A stretch of 62,759 nucleotides of DNA, filler included, from Limisphaerales bacterium (GCA_044225505.1; 5 parts of 5 records of this genome joined end to end with filler, not necessarily neighbours in it); one strand, 5' to 3'; positions 41,801 to 51,844 are shown, numbered from the whole stretch's first letter. The notes: a model not told the origin generated them from the letters alone. Numbers and translations: made by a program.

Positions 41801-43979
41801 TCGGCACCAATTCTTCCAGAGGCGACGTGGTACTGGCGATCGAATCAACCGAGCGATCGAGTGGATCCCCGCCTTCGACCCATTGCCCGACCGAGATGAC
41901 CTTCAGAAATGAAAGTCCAGATTTCGCATCCGTCGGCCGTGAGGTCCTGAATATTTCTTGGACGCCTGCGCCCCACTCGCCGTTCGTGTGGTAATCCGGC
42001 AACAAAGCCAAGGGCGGCTTGCGCAATCCGAACTCCCATTTCTCGATATCGGTATCCGAGTCGCTATTCTGCACGAGAAGGGAGGCAGTCAGGGTGCCAG
42101 TCGCGGCTTGGGGTTGGATATCATCGGCCGGCACGGGAACGAGATAAGCATACACCACCGGCTTCGCCTGGGTCATGATCGCGGTGTCTGAAGCGGTCCA
42201 CACCCCGTCTTTCAAGATGCGAATGCGCTGCCGCAGTTCAGGGCCAAGCAGGTTTCCACCCGAATCGATGCGGGCGACGAGGCGAATCCGGAGCTCGTCA
42301 TTTTGAATGGCGAGCGCTTTGGTATCGCCCTTGAGAATGAACAGGAGTGGTGTGACACCATCGCCGATCAGTCCACCGGAGATGGCCGGTTGGGAATCGA
42401 GCAATGAGCCGACGGTGACGGGAACCAGCGGTGCGTTAATCGAGCGTTTGCCCTCCTCGATGCTTTCGGGAGCGAGGCCGGATAGGCCCAGCTTGTGCAT
42501 GGTAATCTTCACCCCAGGCCGCTGGACCTTTGCCAACCCTTGAACGCCGGCCTGCGTGGGAGCTCCCTCGACGTTGCCGCGCACGAGGAAGGAAACCGTC
42601 GCGAACACGTAATTGGTGGCGCGATAGGTATTCGTCCGCACAACGGCGTTGGCGATGCCAGGGTGAATCGTCCCAAAATCCCCGGACTGCGTTCCGACCG
42701 GCTCAAGCGCGGCTTGGACATCCCCGAGCCGGCTGGAGAAATCAAGCGGCACGTTCAGATTATCGGTTCGCACGCCGGTGATATCCACCTTGGCCACGTT
42801 GGTAAGCCCGACCACGAGACGGACGAGCGCGTCGTCCGCATTCACCACGCCGTCCCCATTATTGTCTTCGCCAAGGACGATTCGTTCCGGGTGCTGCTCG
42901 ACGCCAACAATCAACGCTGTCACCTGCCCGTCCAAACTGTCGGGGGCTCCGGTGACAACTCGATCCGCTGCATCCTTGCCGCTGACGGGCGAAGTCGCGA
43001 GGGAGAAGGGCCCGATACCTTTATTTGCCTTCAAGACCCAATCGTAATCGCGGTGGTCCCCCGGCAGCAGCGTCCCAACCGGCGTTTCCACAGGGGCGCG
43101 AACAATCGTGAAGAGCTGTGGAATCGCCATGATTGGGCCGGTAAAGGCGACGTCCGACAGAGCGCCGACGCCATTGGATTGGGCCTGGACGGTGACGCGC
43201 GCGGTGAACTCCTCGTCCGGTTCAATGCGATTGCCGGAGTGCTTGCTGATCAATTTAACGTCCACAGAGAGCTTGGGCCCTTCGACGTTGATCACCTTTG
43301 TCGCGGAGTTGGTCAGTCCATCGGAATCCCGTGCGGTCAAGCGCACCGTAAAGTTACCTGGCCGAGCGTAGAGATGCGACACCAAGTCCGCGTTCGCTTT
43401 CTCCCCATCCCCGAAATCCCAGCTGTGGGTAATGGCATCGCCTTCTGGCTCGGTGGAAGTGGCGGTAAAATCGACCAGCCCGGGCGTGTTCGAAACGAAG
43501 TGATTGGTAAACGAGGCTTTCGGCCCTTGTTTGACAATGGATGCGAACCAAGGTGGCAAATCGCCCCAGCAGCTCAAGTACTGTCCGCAATTGTTGCATC
43601 CGGTGAACGGGCCGGAGCAACCGCAAAAGGTGGCGGTGAATCTAAAACTCTCTCCAGGTTCTGCTACTTTGATATCCCAGCTCCGGATTCCAGACCAGCC
43701 GTTCAGTCCAAATTCCGCCGTATTCAAGCGGTAAGAGGTGTAATTGGTGTAGTTTTTATAAACGGGAAAGGTTCCAATCAGGTATGCGCCGCAACTTTGA
43801 CCTGAACCATCTTCGCTTGGAATGACGTAGCCCTCTTTGGACTGGGCGATCGGGATGACTTCCGTCGGGACCTCTGCTCCAGATGCACCTATCGCCACTA
43901 GGATCCAAAGGGGAAGGATCCAACGCACGCTTTCCCACACAAAGGCTTTTTTGGCTAAATTCATTTTGAAGAAACCCAC
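38838..43979 (-). CDS. Large secreted multidomain protein: PKD, Ig-like, alpha/beta-hydrolase-like, lectin/LamG-like domains and a C-terminal FFR domain
   Basis: Signal peptide; SWDFGDG..HLY..PG.FTV.L (PKD); GHGQGG and TIGSPHNGS (hydrolase fold); WLRADAG..W.DQSG..GDLAE (LamG-like); GFVFGYRD (TSP-C-like). Confidence 0.85.
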   Translation of the reverse strand: MGFFKMNLAKKAFVWESVRWILPLWILVAIGASGAEVPTEVIPIAQSKEGYVIPSEDGSGQSCGAYLIGTFPVYKNYTNYTSYRLNTAEFGLNGWSGIRSWDIKVAEPGESFRFTATFCGCSGPFTGCNNCGQYLSCWGDLPPWFASIVKQGPKASFTNHFVSNTPGLVDFTATSTEPEGDAITHSWDFGDGEKANADLVSHLYARPGNFTVRLTARDSDGLTNSATKVINVEGPKLSVDVKLISKHSGNRIEPDEEFTARVTVQAQSNGVGALSDVAFTGPIMAIPQLFTIVRAPVETPVGTLLPGDHRDYDWVLKANKGIGPFSLATSPVSGKDAADRVVTGAPDSLDGQVTALIVGVEQHPERIVLGEDNNGDGVVNADDALVRLVVGLTNVAKVDITGVRTDNLNVPLDFSSRLGDVQAALEPVGTQSGDFGTIHPGIANAVVRTNTYRATNYVFATVSFLVRGNVEGAPTQAGVQGLAKVQRPGVKITMHKLGLSGLAPESIEEGKRSINAPLVPVTVGSLLDSQPAISGGLIGDGVTPLLFILKGDTKALAIQNDELRIRLVARIDSGGNLLGPELRQRIRILKDGVWTASDTAIMTQAKPVVYAYLVPVPADDIQPQAATGTLTASLLVQNSDSDTDIEKWEFGLRKPPLALLPDYHTNGEWGAGVQEIFRTSRPTDAKSGLSFLKVISVGQWVEGGDPLDRSVDSIASTTSPLEELVPTVWVAIRNEIEPLKQFWAFTRYDVIGHGQGGLLARMLCSLNGNGIVDPFRNGDNFFRGRFHRVVTIGSPHNGSRLLRYISTLLKGDGFLASVLPERMVRGWLAGDKFDPWGSEIENLNKPLPSAPWFPDPDTRFHLVRTTVNDGLAPSLTHATFAETALGLRTVGETVIPLGSDGVIDYDSMGADSPGVDTSNVYTVPSALNISHVANPLAGIDDIFGGHDGSQVTSTVVAQHAIGALDGAGVPDQHRKFAPIHPPRRLPPHIRDAIDEAAGKPEEDLAVIDTSSGATAGLQSTGISASPRVINLKLTPSANRPPVNSQVSWMAEIFGEEGASANGLTLTPDPNDATRASLRVSDQAIGDVVVYALYVAANGETVYSKPRRAASFEPSSLPADLRVLPQGLAIPAGARIPIQLFVRYQNGLRLQRYAEPGELTATSQAPLIVSVEDPLLWRGVSAGTTVISAAWRGLVATGEVTVAEHRAVTLPVPGPFVWLRADAGLSVTNGTNVLSWTDQSGHNFTFKPPTVATRPTFVANSTSGVPAVRFSGSANPEIRGNLGRTLTNATIFTLGRFLNASGGTKYIYSFGTRNFSGLTMSLGRRNSDGAFHFDGAADRLADNTIAGTDFRVFSQVYGEASPDQHLLSVNSQMVLDTRTTVGRAYSAIATNVVLGRAPGLGSFDGDLAEWIVYDRALSSAERFAIEEYLRQRASLREFVAAGSHDLSSWNALSYQTGTFSNAVWHLDIASRVATLTNATDPAFLISPFSAANQVVNARIGSDGTSGFLGFVFGYRDDGNFLLFDWNASPTNHPALGFAPAGMRLRSFHMPSGGLPTAVDFWSSPDSSRVSLLATNSQPWVSGKTYDLTLRLAPDRTELLIADGATILANWSLPQLSDVTGPIGLYAFQAPHVQVGEVGFPGASPVLLGVSLEDGTAEIRWANGNAPFVIEASSNLEAGEWFELAPATYGYSQRIEALETPLFFRIRAAGPTPVR

Positions 43980-44309
43980 GGATCGAGGCGGGACTATACA
44001 TTCTTTCCGCGGCAGATTTCAACAGGCAAAAATACGGCGTTTCAATACGTAGGACACGCCTATCGAGCCTTCCCCTACTGTGGGTTGGTGGCCTGTGCAT
44101 CCTGCACAACTGGCCTTAAAAAGTCCTGGCGGGTCCGAACCGGACAGCTCAACCAAGAATTACGCCTTAGAACGGATATGAAACGGGCTCAGACTAAATT
44201 CAGGTTTGGACCACTTCACTTTTCCTGGAATAGTCAGTGGACGGATTTTGGTGGGGCGTGTTTGAGTCCGCCCGTGGCTTCCAGCTTCAGCAGGCAGCCA
44301 GCAAAGCGG

Positions 44310-45044
44310 TCAAGCTTGAGTTAGATCGGGCGATTTGCGCTTTAGTTTCCGGGCGATGTGTTGGATACGGCTGCTCAGAATCTCCCGCTGCAAGAGGTAA
44401 GCAATGTGCGGACGTGGACTCCGGGCAATGTCTTCAGGAGTCGTGTTTTTGACATCTAACCCGGCGGTGAGACTCACTCCCACTTGCGAAAAAAGGTGTT
44501 CGACCAGTGCGGAGCAGTAGAAGCACTCATCGCGCTCGAGTAAGTTGCGTTTGCTTCTCAAGCTGGGCCGCTTTAGAGCAATCAAGGTCCCGACTAATTC
44601 TCGGAGCGAATAACGCGTTCGGTTGGCCACCAGATCCAAAGCGGCGGCAGCGACTTGCCGAGTGACCTCTTCGCTTAATCCGAAATCGAGAACGGCCAGC
44701 GAGGTGTAAACTGAGCCGTCCTCATACTTACTGGCCCGGTTTTCCTGAACTCCGAATTGGAGGTGCTTTTTGTGGATCTGAAGATCCGATTCCACGATCC
44801 AAAGATGTTGGTCCAGACGGCGCTCAGAAAAGAGAAAGGCATGGGTCCATTGGCCCCAGCACTTTTGGCGATCGACGTGCCGTTCGGCGTGGGCGATCGC
44901 ACGGTCGATCAAGGTCCGGCCGCAAGCCAGTCCGACGCAGCCCGGTCGGGCGTACCTAGCCAAAAACTCGCGGTTGCTCATTTCAATCGGCGCGCTGACC
45001 CGTTTGCGTCCATCGACCAAATCAGTGGAAGGTAAGGTTGGCAT
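44310..45044 (-). CDS. Permuted papain-like amidase (YiiX/YaeF, NlpC/P60 superfamily)
   Basis: WTHA His precedes the FYCSALV Cys; TTPEDI. Start moved to the ATG at 45044. Confidence 0.72.
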   Translation of the reverse strand: MPTLPSTDLVDGRKRVSAPIEMSNREFLARYARPGCVGLACGRTLIDRAIAHAERHVDRQKCWGQWTHAFLFSERRLDQHLWIVESDLQIHKKHLQFGVQENRASKYEDGSVYTSLAVLDFGLSEEVTRQVAAAALDLVANRTRYSLRELVGTLIALKRPSLRSKRNLLERDECFYCSALVEHLFSQVGVSLTAGLDVKNTTPEDIARSPRPHIAYLLQREILSSRIQHIARKLKRKSPDLTQA

Positions 45045-45144
45045 GGAGGTTTCGGAGTTTAGGTCACGGCACCGTCTTGTCTGTCTTGTCTGGTGTCGCC
45101 AGAGCAAGTTGCTGCTCGTGTGAAGGTTGTCACTTTCGGTATCG

Positions 45145-45906
45145 TTAAAAGCGAGGGCCAGGAGCGATTTTCGGCCCCGTTTTGGCGCTGTAAGCTGCCC
45201 CGCGCTCCTGCAAAATCCAAAGCCCTTCGGTGCCTTGGACAATCTCGGTCTCCAGCCGCGACAGAATCAAGGGTTGAATTCGTTCGACAAACCCGGCGCT
45301 TCCAACCGCCAAACTCTCCGTCCAGCAAGGCTCGCGACAAACTTTCTCTCGCGCCAAGGCTTCCGCAAGGCTCGCTTCCAGGTTCTTCCGGACTCCCACA
45401 AGGTCGTCGGTTCCCAATCGCCAGCACAAGCGGTCCAAGTCCAACAATCGGTAGCGTGTTCGCTCGCCCATGATTTCGTGATAGCCCAACCATTCCCATT
45501 CCCGTGGATGGCGCACGACACCCGCCCGCACCATGTTCAGCTCGATGTAACATAAGCAGCGCCAAAGGTAAGTCCCTCCTTCCACCAGCGTCGCGTGGAA
45601 ATTATCTCCCCAAACCGCATTCATCCTCCGCTTGCGCCGGTTGTAGGCCCGGGCAAACTCTCCGGCCACCTGCCGCATCAAAGCGCTAATCTCCAGGCGC
45701 TCTTGCGCATCGACGAGCAGATGCACATGGTTGGATGTCAGGGCGTAATCCAAAAGGCTCACCTGACTTGCTCGCACATATTGTCGAAGCTTGTCCCGGT
45801 AAGTGCTCCGGTCCCGCGCGAATTTTAGAAGAAACGCTCGATTGTGGCAGCGGTGCGTCAGATGAAAAACGCCGCCATCGCCTCGCAAACGATTGCCCCT
45901 TGGCAT
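45145..45906 (-). mobile_element. REP-associated tyrosine transposase (RAYT, Y1 HUH)
   Basis: MPR.., HLTHRCHNR, YALTSNHVHLL (HUH), VWGDNF, YIELNMVRAG.V.HP.EW. Confidence 0.9.
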
Positions 45907-46323
45907 GGCCTTACTTTATGGCTGCTGCGGGGCCGGTTCCAGCACGAAAATCGGCCTCGAAATCAAACGCAAGACCAGGCGTTAACGCTATCGAAATCCG
46001 GTAACTCCTCTTTCGCAATGACTTACTCGGGCGACACCAGGACGAAACGAATGCGCCGTGCCCAAATCCATTGGAGCGCAGCGACGGGAGAGGGTCTCAG
46101 CGATGGCCTCGTTCACTGTCCTCCCAAACTGGGGCACACGTGCCATTCTCAAATGCTGCTGCGAGTTCGGGTCAGCGTGAGCAAAGTGGAAGATTCAGCT
46201 GGCATGGAAGCTACGCAAAACACTGCTAAACAGCTAATTATGCGCATCTCGATGCCCCTCAGGCGAGAATCCCAGTCGTTCCCGGCCCAGCGGAAGTGGC
46301 GCAAATGTCCGCGGAGTGGGGCG

Positions 46324-46339
46324 TGGCACAAGTTTAGCT
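46324..46339 (+). promoter_or_regulatory. Candidate sigma54 promoter
   Basis: TGGCAC-AAGTTTA-GCT (GG-N10-GC) about 70 bp upstream of the ORF at 46410. Confidence 0.45.
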
Positions 46340-46409
46340 ACTTCGCGTGCATATTAGAGAATATTGACGGTTCCAAAATTCGGAAGGCACGTCCTAATTC
46401 GAGCAACCT

Positions 46410-47321
46410 GTGAATGCGTACCGGTGTCTGCGCGCCCTCGCGACGGTTCTGGTCTTCTGGTTGGCAGGCCTTCCGGCCACTCGTGCGCAGGAAGCCGGGT
46501 CGACGAATGTGGCTGGGCTCAAGCCGCTCGACCTTGAGCAGTTGTTCGAGGTTAAGGTGCAGACCGTCTGTGGGGCGTCAAAGCACGAGCAAAAGGTGAC
46601 CGAGGCGCCCTCGTTCATCAGCATCGTCACCCAGGACGACATCAAGCAATACGGCCACCGCACACTTGGCGAAGTCTTGTGCAGCGCCGCCGGTTTCTAC
46701 GTCACTGACGATCGAGGCTACAATGCCGTCGGTATTTGGAGAATTAACATACCGGGCGCCTTTGGCGGTCGTCTGCTGATCACGGTGGACGGCCACCGAC
46801 TCAACGATCCCATCTGCGATACGGCGGCGAGCGGGACGGACTTTCTGCTGGATGTGAACCTGAGAGACCGCGTGGAAGTGATTCGTGGCCCAGGTTCGTC
46901 GCTCTATGGGATCTATGGGAACAACGCGTTCTTTGAGGTGATCAACGACATCACTCGCAAGGGCCGAGACGTGAACGGCACGGAATTTTCCGCGTCGGCG
47001 GGCAGCTTTGATACTTACACTGGGCGCGCCAGCTTCGGAAACAGGTTCACCAACGGGGTCGAACTTCTGGCCACGGGCGTACTGCACAAGGTGGGCAACG
47101 TGCTCAACAGCGTGAGCGTGTCCGCCACCCTCGTGAGAGACAGGCTGCGGCAATCTACTTTCAAGAACATGTGTCGCGCCATGGCCATGTTGCGCGACCA
47201 AAATGGCCGGCTCGTCGAATTCCTGACGACCGATCCGAAAGGTCAAGTGCTTCCCCGGTATCTGGCAGCGGCGACCCGCTGGCTGTCACAACTCCACAAC
47301 GGAGCAGTCGCGCATGATTAG
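46410..47321 (+). pseudogene. Chimera of a TonB-dependent receptor plug and a histidine kinase fragment
   Basis: ASKHEQKVTEAPS, RVEVIRGPGSSLYG (plug), then ATGVLHKVGNVLNSV (HisKA); no barrel and no ATPase domain. Confidence 0.8.
47068..47273 (+). repeat. ~206-bp direct repeat of 48899-49104
   Basis: Near-identical nucleotide sequence at offset 1831. Confidence 0.92.
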
Positions 47322-49728
47322 CGATTTCCTCCTGCGAACTGCGCACTGCGCGGAGCCAATGCGTAACTCATTGAGAAGCCTGCGCAGCGTCGTCGCCAGA
47401 CATCGTCTGTATGACCGTGTCTCGGCTGCGGTCGTTGGTATCGTCGGTTTGACGATGGCTCGGCTGGCGTCACCGTGCGCCGCGGACGCGTTTCCTCTTC
47501 CCGCAGCAACGGCAGCCATGCTCACCCGAGTTCAGGATGTTCGCAGATTGCCCGGCGCCACCGCCGCCAAAGCGCTTCCGATTCGTTTGGAAGGTATTAT
47601 CACCTTCTACGATCCCGTTCGGAGCGATCTGTTTGTGCAGGACGAATCCGGCGGCTTACGAATCGATCCGGAGGGGAACGACTTCCCGCTTGCGCCGGGC
47701 GATCTGGTCTTGGTCGAAGGTCAGAGTGCTCGCGGCTCGATTGCGCCGTTATTGAATCAGGCCAGAATCACGGTCTTGGGGAAAGGCTCGATGCCCGCAG
47801 CCAAACCGGTCGCAGGGCCGCGCTTGGCCACCGGCTACGAAGACGGCCAATGGGTCGAAGTTCAGGGAGTTGTTCGTGAGGTCCACGAAGTTGACGATCG
47901 CCTGCTGGTCGGGCTTATCTCCGAAGGCGCTTACATATCGGTTTTGGCGTCGAAGGGCGATGAGACTCAGGCCGGACTGGTGGTCGATGCCGGGGTCCGC
48001 GTGCGAGGCGTCGCGGCGGTCGAGTTCGACGAGGAAGGCCGGGAAACCGGAGTGCGGTTGCTCGCTTCGGATCGCGAGGCGTTTACGATCGATCGGTCGC
48101 CTCCTGTCAATGTATTTGCGACGCCCCTGGTGCCGGTCAATGAGCTCAAGCGGTTCAAACCCAACCTCCAGCCCGGCTATCGCGTCCGAGTGCAGGGGAC
48201 GGTGACTCTGCGGTATCCCGGCACCGCATTTTTCATCCAGAATGGAGACGAGGGTCTCTACGTGGAGTCTTGGCAGTCGGACCCCGTGTCTGTTGGCGAA
48301 CGGATTGAAGCCGTTGGTTTCGCCGACTCGGCTGGGTATTCGGTCTATATGGCTAATTCGGCGTTCCGGCAGCTCGGCGACGGCCCTGCAGTTGCACCGC
48401 TGCTCGTGCACCTGGAGAACGCCATTCATCAACCGTTAGACGCACGCCTGGTCAGAGTTCGAGTGCGATTGCTAAGGCAGTTCAACGTCGAGGACTTTTG
48501 CGATCTGGTGGTTGGCGAGAATGACGTCGTTCTGTCCGCACAGATGGTTCACACCACTGAGCAACCGGTGATTCCCCAGCTTGAGCCGGGCAGTCTCCTG
48601 GAGCTGACTGGGGTGTGGTCGGTCGACCGCAAACAGTTTCTCAACCGGCCGACCTACCGGCTTTTGTTGCGGACGCCGGCTGATGTTGTCGTTCTGGCGT
48701 CGCCGCCGTGGTGGACCTGGAAACATACCGGAATCCTGTTGGGAATGATGGCAGTGTTGACGGCGGCCGGCGCCGGTTGGGTGATCACACTCCAGCAACG
48801 ATTCCGTGAACAAAAGATGATCCGCGAACGGCTGGAATGCGAGGCGACATTGAACGGAAAGCTTCGAGAATCCGCCCGCCTGGCGGGCATGGCGGAGGTG
48901 GCCACGGGCATACTGCACAACGTGGGCAACGTGCTCAACAGCGTGGGCGTGTCCGCCACCCTCGTGAGAGACCGGCTGCGGAAATCCACTGTCAAGAATT
49001 TGTGTCGCGGCACGGCCATGTTGCGCGACCAAAATGGCCGGCTTGTCGAATTCCTGACGACCGATCCGAAAGGTCTAGTGCTTCCCAGGTATCTGGCAGC
49101 GGCGGCCGACCGGCTGGCAGTCGATCACGACGAACTGATCGAGGAAATGAATTCCTTGGGCCAGCACATCGAGCATATCAAGGAGATCGTGGCCATGCAG
49201 CAGAGCTACGCCAAGGTATCCGGTGCCTATGAAAGCCTCTCCCCGGCGGACCTGGTCGAGGATGCGTTGCGGATGAATGCCGCAGCCTTTGATCGGCATC
49301 GCATCCAAGTGGTGCGCGAGTTCGACCCAGAGACGCCAGCTGTGTGCGTGGACCGTCACAAGGTGCTGCAGATTCTCATCAACCTCCTCCGCAACGCTAA
49401 ATATGCCATGGACGGGCAAAGTGCGCCGGACAAGCGGTTGGTCATCCGGGTGGGGCTGGCGTCACCCCAGAAGGTGAAAATCATCGTCTGCGACAATGGG
49501 GTCGGGATTGCCCCGGAGAACCTGATCAAGATCTTCAACCACGGTTTTACGACCAAGAAGGACGGCCACGGCTTTGGCCTGCACAGCGGGGCCAACGCCG
49601 CCAAGGAAATGGGCGGCAGACTCACGGCTCACAGCGACGGCGTCGGCCAGGGCGCTATGTTCACTTTGGAGCTACCCGTGGCGACGAGCATCCAGAGAGA
49701 AGGCGTCGCATCGAAACAAGCGACATAA
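47314..49728 (+). CDS. Membrane sensor histidine kinase with a large extracytoplasmic OB-fold-like repeat region
   Basis: RLEGIITF..FVQD, VEVQGVV, VRVQGTVT..FFIQ repeats; PPWWT-TM; ILHNVGN; NLLRNA; DNGVG; GHGFGL. Confidence 0.9.
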   Translation: MISDFLLRTAHCAEPMRNSLRSLRSVVARHRLYDRVSAAVVGIVGLTMARLASPCAADAFPLPAATAAMLTRVQDVRRLPGATAAKALPIRLEGIITFYDPVRSDLFVQDESGGLRIDPEGNDFPLAPGDLVLVEGQSARGSIAPLLNQARITVLGKGSMPAAKPVAGPRLATGYEDGQWVEVQGVVREVHEVDDRLLVGLISEGAYISVLASKGDETQAGLVVDAGVRVRGVAAVEFDEEGRETGVRLLASDREAFTIDRSPPVNVFATPLVPVNELKRFKPNLQPGYRVRVQGTVTLRYPGTAFFIQNGDEGLYVESWQSDPVSVGERIEAVGFADSAGYSVYMANSAFRQLGDGPAVAPLLVHLENAIHQPLDARLVRVRVRLLRQFNVEDFCDLVVGENDVVLSAQMVHTTEQPVIPQLEPGSLLELTGVWSVDRKQFLNRPTYRLLLRTPADVVVLASPPWWTWKHTGILLGMMAVLTAAGAGWVITLQQRFREQKMIRERLECEATLNGKLRESARLAGMAEVATGILHNVGNVLNSVGVSATLVRDRLRKSTVKNLCRGTAMLRDQNGRLVEFLTTDPKGLVLPRYLAAAADRLAVDHDELIEEMNSLGQHIEHIKEIVAMQQSYAKVSGAYESLSPADLVEDALRMNAAAFDRHRIQVVREFDPETPAVCVDRHKVLQILINLLRNAKYAMDGQSAPDKRLVIRVGLASPQKVKIIVCDNGVGIAPENLIKIFNHGFTTKKDGHGFGLHSGANAAKEMGGRLTAHSDGVGQGAMFTLELPVATSIQREGVASKQAT

Positions 49729-49739
49729 TGAAAAGCTAG

Positions 49740-50202
49740 AGGTGAGATCGTTGCTCGACAACCCAAGCTGGGGTAGCGATCGCATCGTCGGGGTTTTGGC
49801 CAATCTTCACCAAGAGATCAGCGATTCCACAGTGGACAACATCCGCGAGCGCCATGGCATTGCGCCCGCACCAGAACGGACCAAGAACACTTCTTGGCGC
49901 CAGTTCCTCAACGCAACGCGATCGCCGAGAGGTTCGTCCGCTCCCTAAAGGAGGAGCGTCTGAGTCGGTTGATCTTCTTCGGAGAGGTGCGCTTGCGATC
50001 GGCCATTTCGCACTTCGTTGCGCATTACAACGGATTCAGAAATCACCAAGGGCTGGAAAACAAGCGGCTGACGCCGCAGTTTCGTCCCGTTGAAGGCGAG
50101 ATTCTATGCGCGAAACGGCCCGGTGGATTGCAACACCACTTTTACCGGAAAGCGGCTTAAACAAGCTGTGCTGCCTACGGCCGAATAATTGGACGATACA
50201 GG
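49740..50202 (+). mobile_element. Internally deleted integrase-core IS transposase remnant
   Basis: DNPSWGSDRIVG.L.NL..STVDNI..HGIAPAP..SWRQFL joined directly to NAIAERFVRSLKEE..HYN..RNHQGL..GGL..FYR.AA; the core D,D region is missing. Confidence 0.8.
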
Positions 50203-50291
50203 CTTAAGCTGTCACGTTAGGATCTTTCCTTTGTTTCAGCTTCAAAACGTATCCCTCTATGAACTCTAATGCCATTCGGTAATTCTATTCA

Positions 50292-50324
50292 GTCCCGGAA
50301 GGGACAGAATGAGAGAAGCCCGGT
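50292..50324. repeat. Family 2 REP, inverted copy truncated at the contig end
   Basis: gtcccggaagggac is the reverse complement of the hairpin near 38680. Confidence 0.55.
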
Positions 50325-50424
50325 NNNNNNNNNNNNNNNNNNNNNNNNNNNNNNNNNNNNNNNNNNNNTTAATTAATTAANNNNNNNNNNNNNNNNNNNN
50401 NNNNNNNNNNNNNNNNNNNNNNNN
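50325..50424. other. Artificial contig spacer
   Basis: N44-TTAATTAATTAA-N44. Confidence 0.99.
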
Positions 50425-51844
50425 TCTCGAGGAGGGTGCGCCGCCGTTCATGGGCTCGGCGGAGACCCTCAGTCGCCTGCTCACGTTCAAGTTCGGCTCC
50501 GGCCCTGGCCGCAAACGTTTCCATCACTGAAAGAGCTAAAGAGTCAGCCGCCAGCGGTTTGTCATCGAAGATTACCAAATGACCAATGACCCGTTTCTCT
50601 GCATTCAGCAAGGGCACGCCGAGATAGCTGACCGTTCCCAGGTCGATCATTCCTTTGTCCTCAGGAAATACCTCGGCCAGTCGGTCTGGAATATGACAGA
50701 CCCGCCCCTGAGCGACTTCCATGCACGGCGTGCCCGCGAGCTCGTACTCAAAGTCCGGACCGTACGCATTGTCCTGAAAATACGCCAAAGAACGCGCCCG
50801 TCCTTTAGGTAAGCACTCCGCCACAAAGGCAAATCGGACGTGAAGCCCCTCCGCGAGGTGACGCACCAGGGAACGAAAGAACCCGGTGCCTGTAACTCCA
50901 GCCGTTCCTTGAATGATGGCGCGCAACAGCTCTTCAGCGCGTTTCGATTCCGTAACGTCTCGTGAGACCGCGAGCAATCGCTCTGTTTTCCCTTGCCGAT
51001 CGAGGATGGGGCTCACCACCACATCCCACCACTTTGGGGTCCCTGTGCGAACCGTGGCAAAAAAGCCAACGAAGCGTCCGACCGCTCCGCGGCGCGCTGA
51101 CGCAACGGCATCCCGCGCCATTTGCCGGTACGGGTCCTGCCAGAAATCGATCCAAGGCGAGCCTATCAACGCCCCCAGATCACAGATTTCCAACGCCGCT
51201 AAACCTCCTGAATTGACCGACAGCAACCGCCCATCGCAATCCAGTAACTTGATGCAATCCTGGCTTCCTTCGATCAATCGAGTCTTGAATTGCTCGCTGG
51301 CCCGGAGCGCTTCCTCAGCTGCTTGGGCCGCCGAAACGACATCCCGCAAGTCGGCGCGCGCGCGTCGAAGTTCGAGTTGAGTGACAACTTCCCGACACAG
51401 TGTCTGAAGCGCCCGGATCTGTTCTTTCGCCAGAACCCGAGGAACGGAGTCGATGACGCACAACGTCCCGAGTTGCTCGCCCGTTTTCACTCGGAGCGGA
51501 ACTCCCGCATAAAATCGAAGATAGGGCGGTCCCGTAACGAGCGGATTGGCCGCGAATCGAGAATCAAGGCGTGCGTCCGGAATAATCAATGGTCCGCCTT
51601 GCTCGATGGCGTAAGCACAGATCGAATTCTCGCGCGGTGTCTCCGATAGGGCCAAGCCGACTTTGGCTTTGAACCATTGCCGGGATTGATCAACTAAACT
51701 GATCAGAGCCATAGGGGTATCACAAACTCTCGCGGCCAGGGTCACCAGAGCGTCAAAGTCTTCGTCCGGCGGTGTGTCCAGGATTGCGTACTCCCGGAGC
51801 GCAGCCAGACGTTTGGCTTCAACTTCTTGTGTACTCGTGTTCAT
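50425..51844 (-). CDS. GAF-PAS-GAF sensor protein (3' truncated; output domain unseen)
   Basis: RLAALREYAILDT..FYAGVPL..GTLCVID (GAF); DCIKLLD..KWWDV (PAS); second GAF SYLGVPL. Confidence 0.88.
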
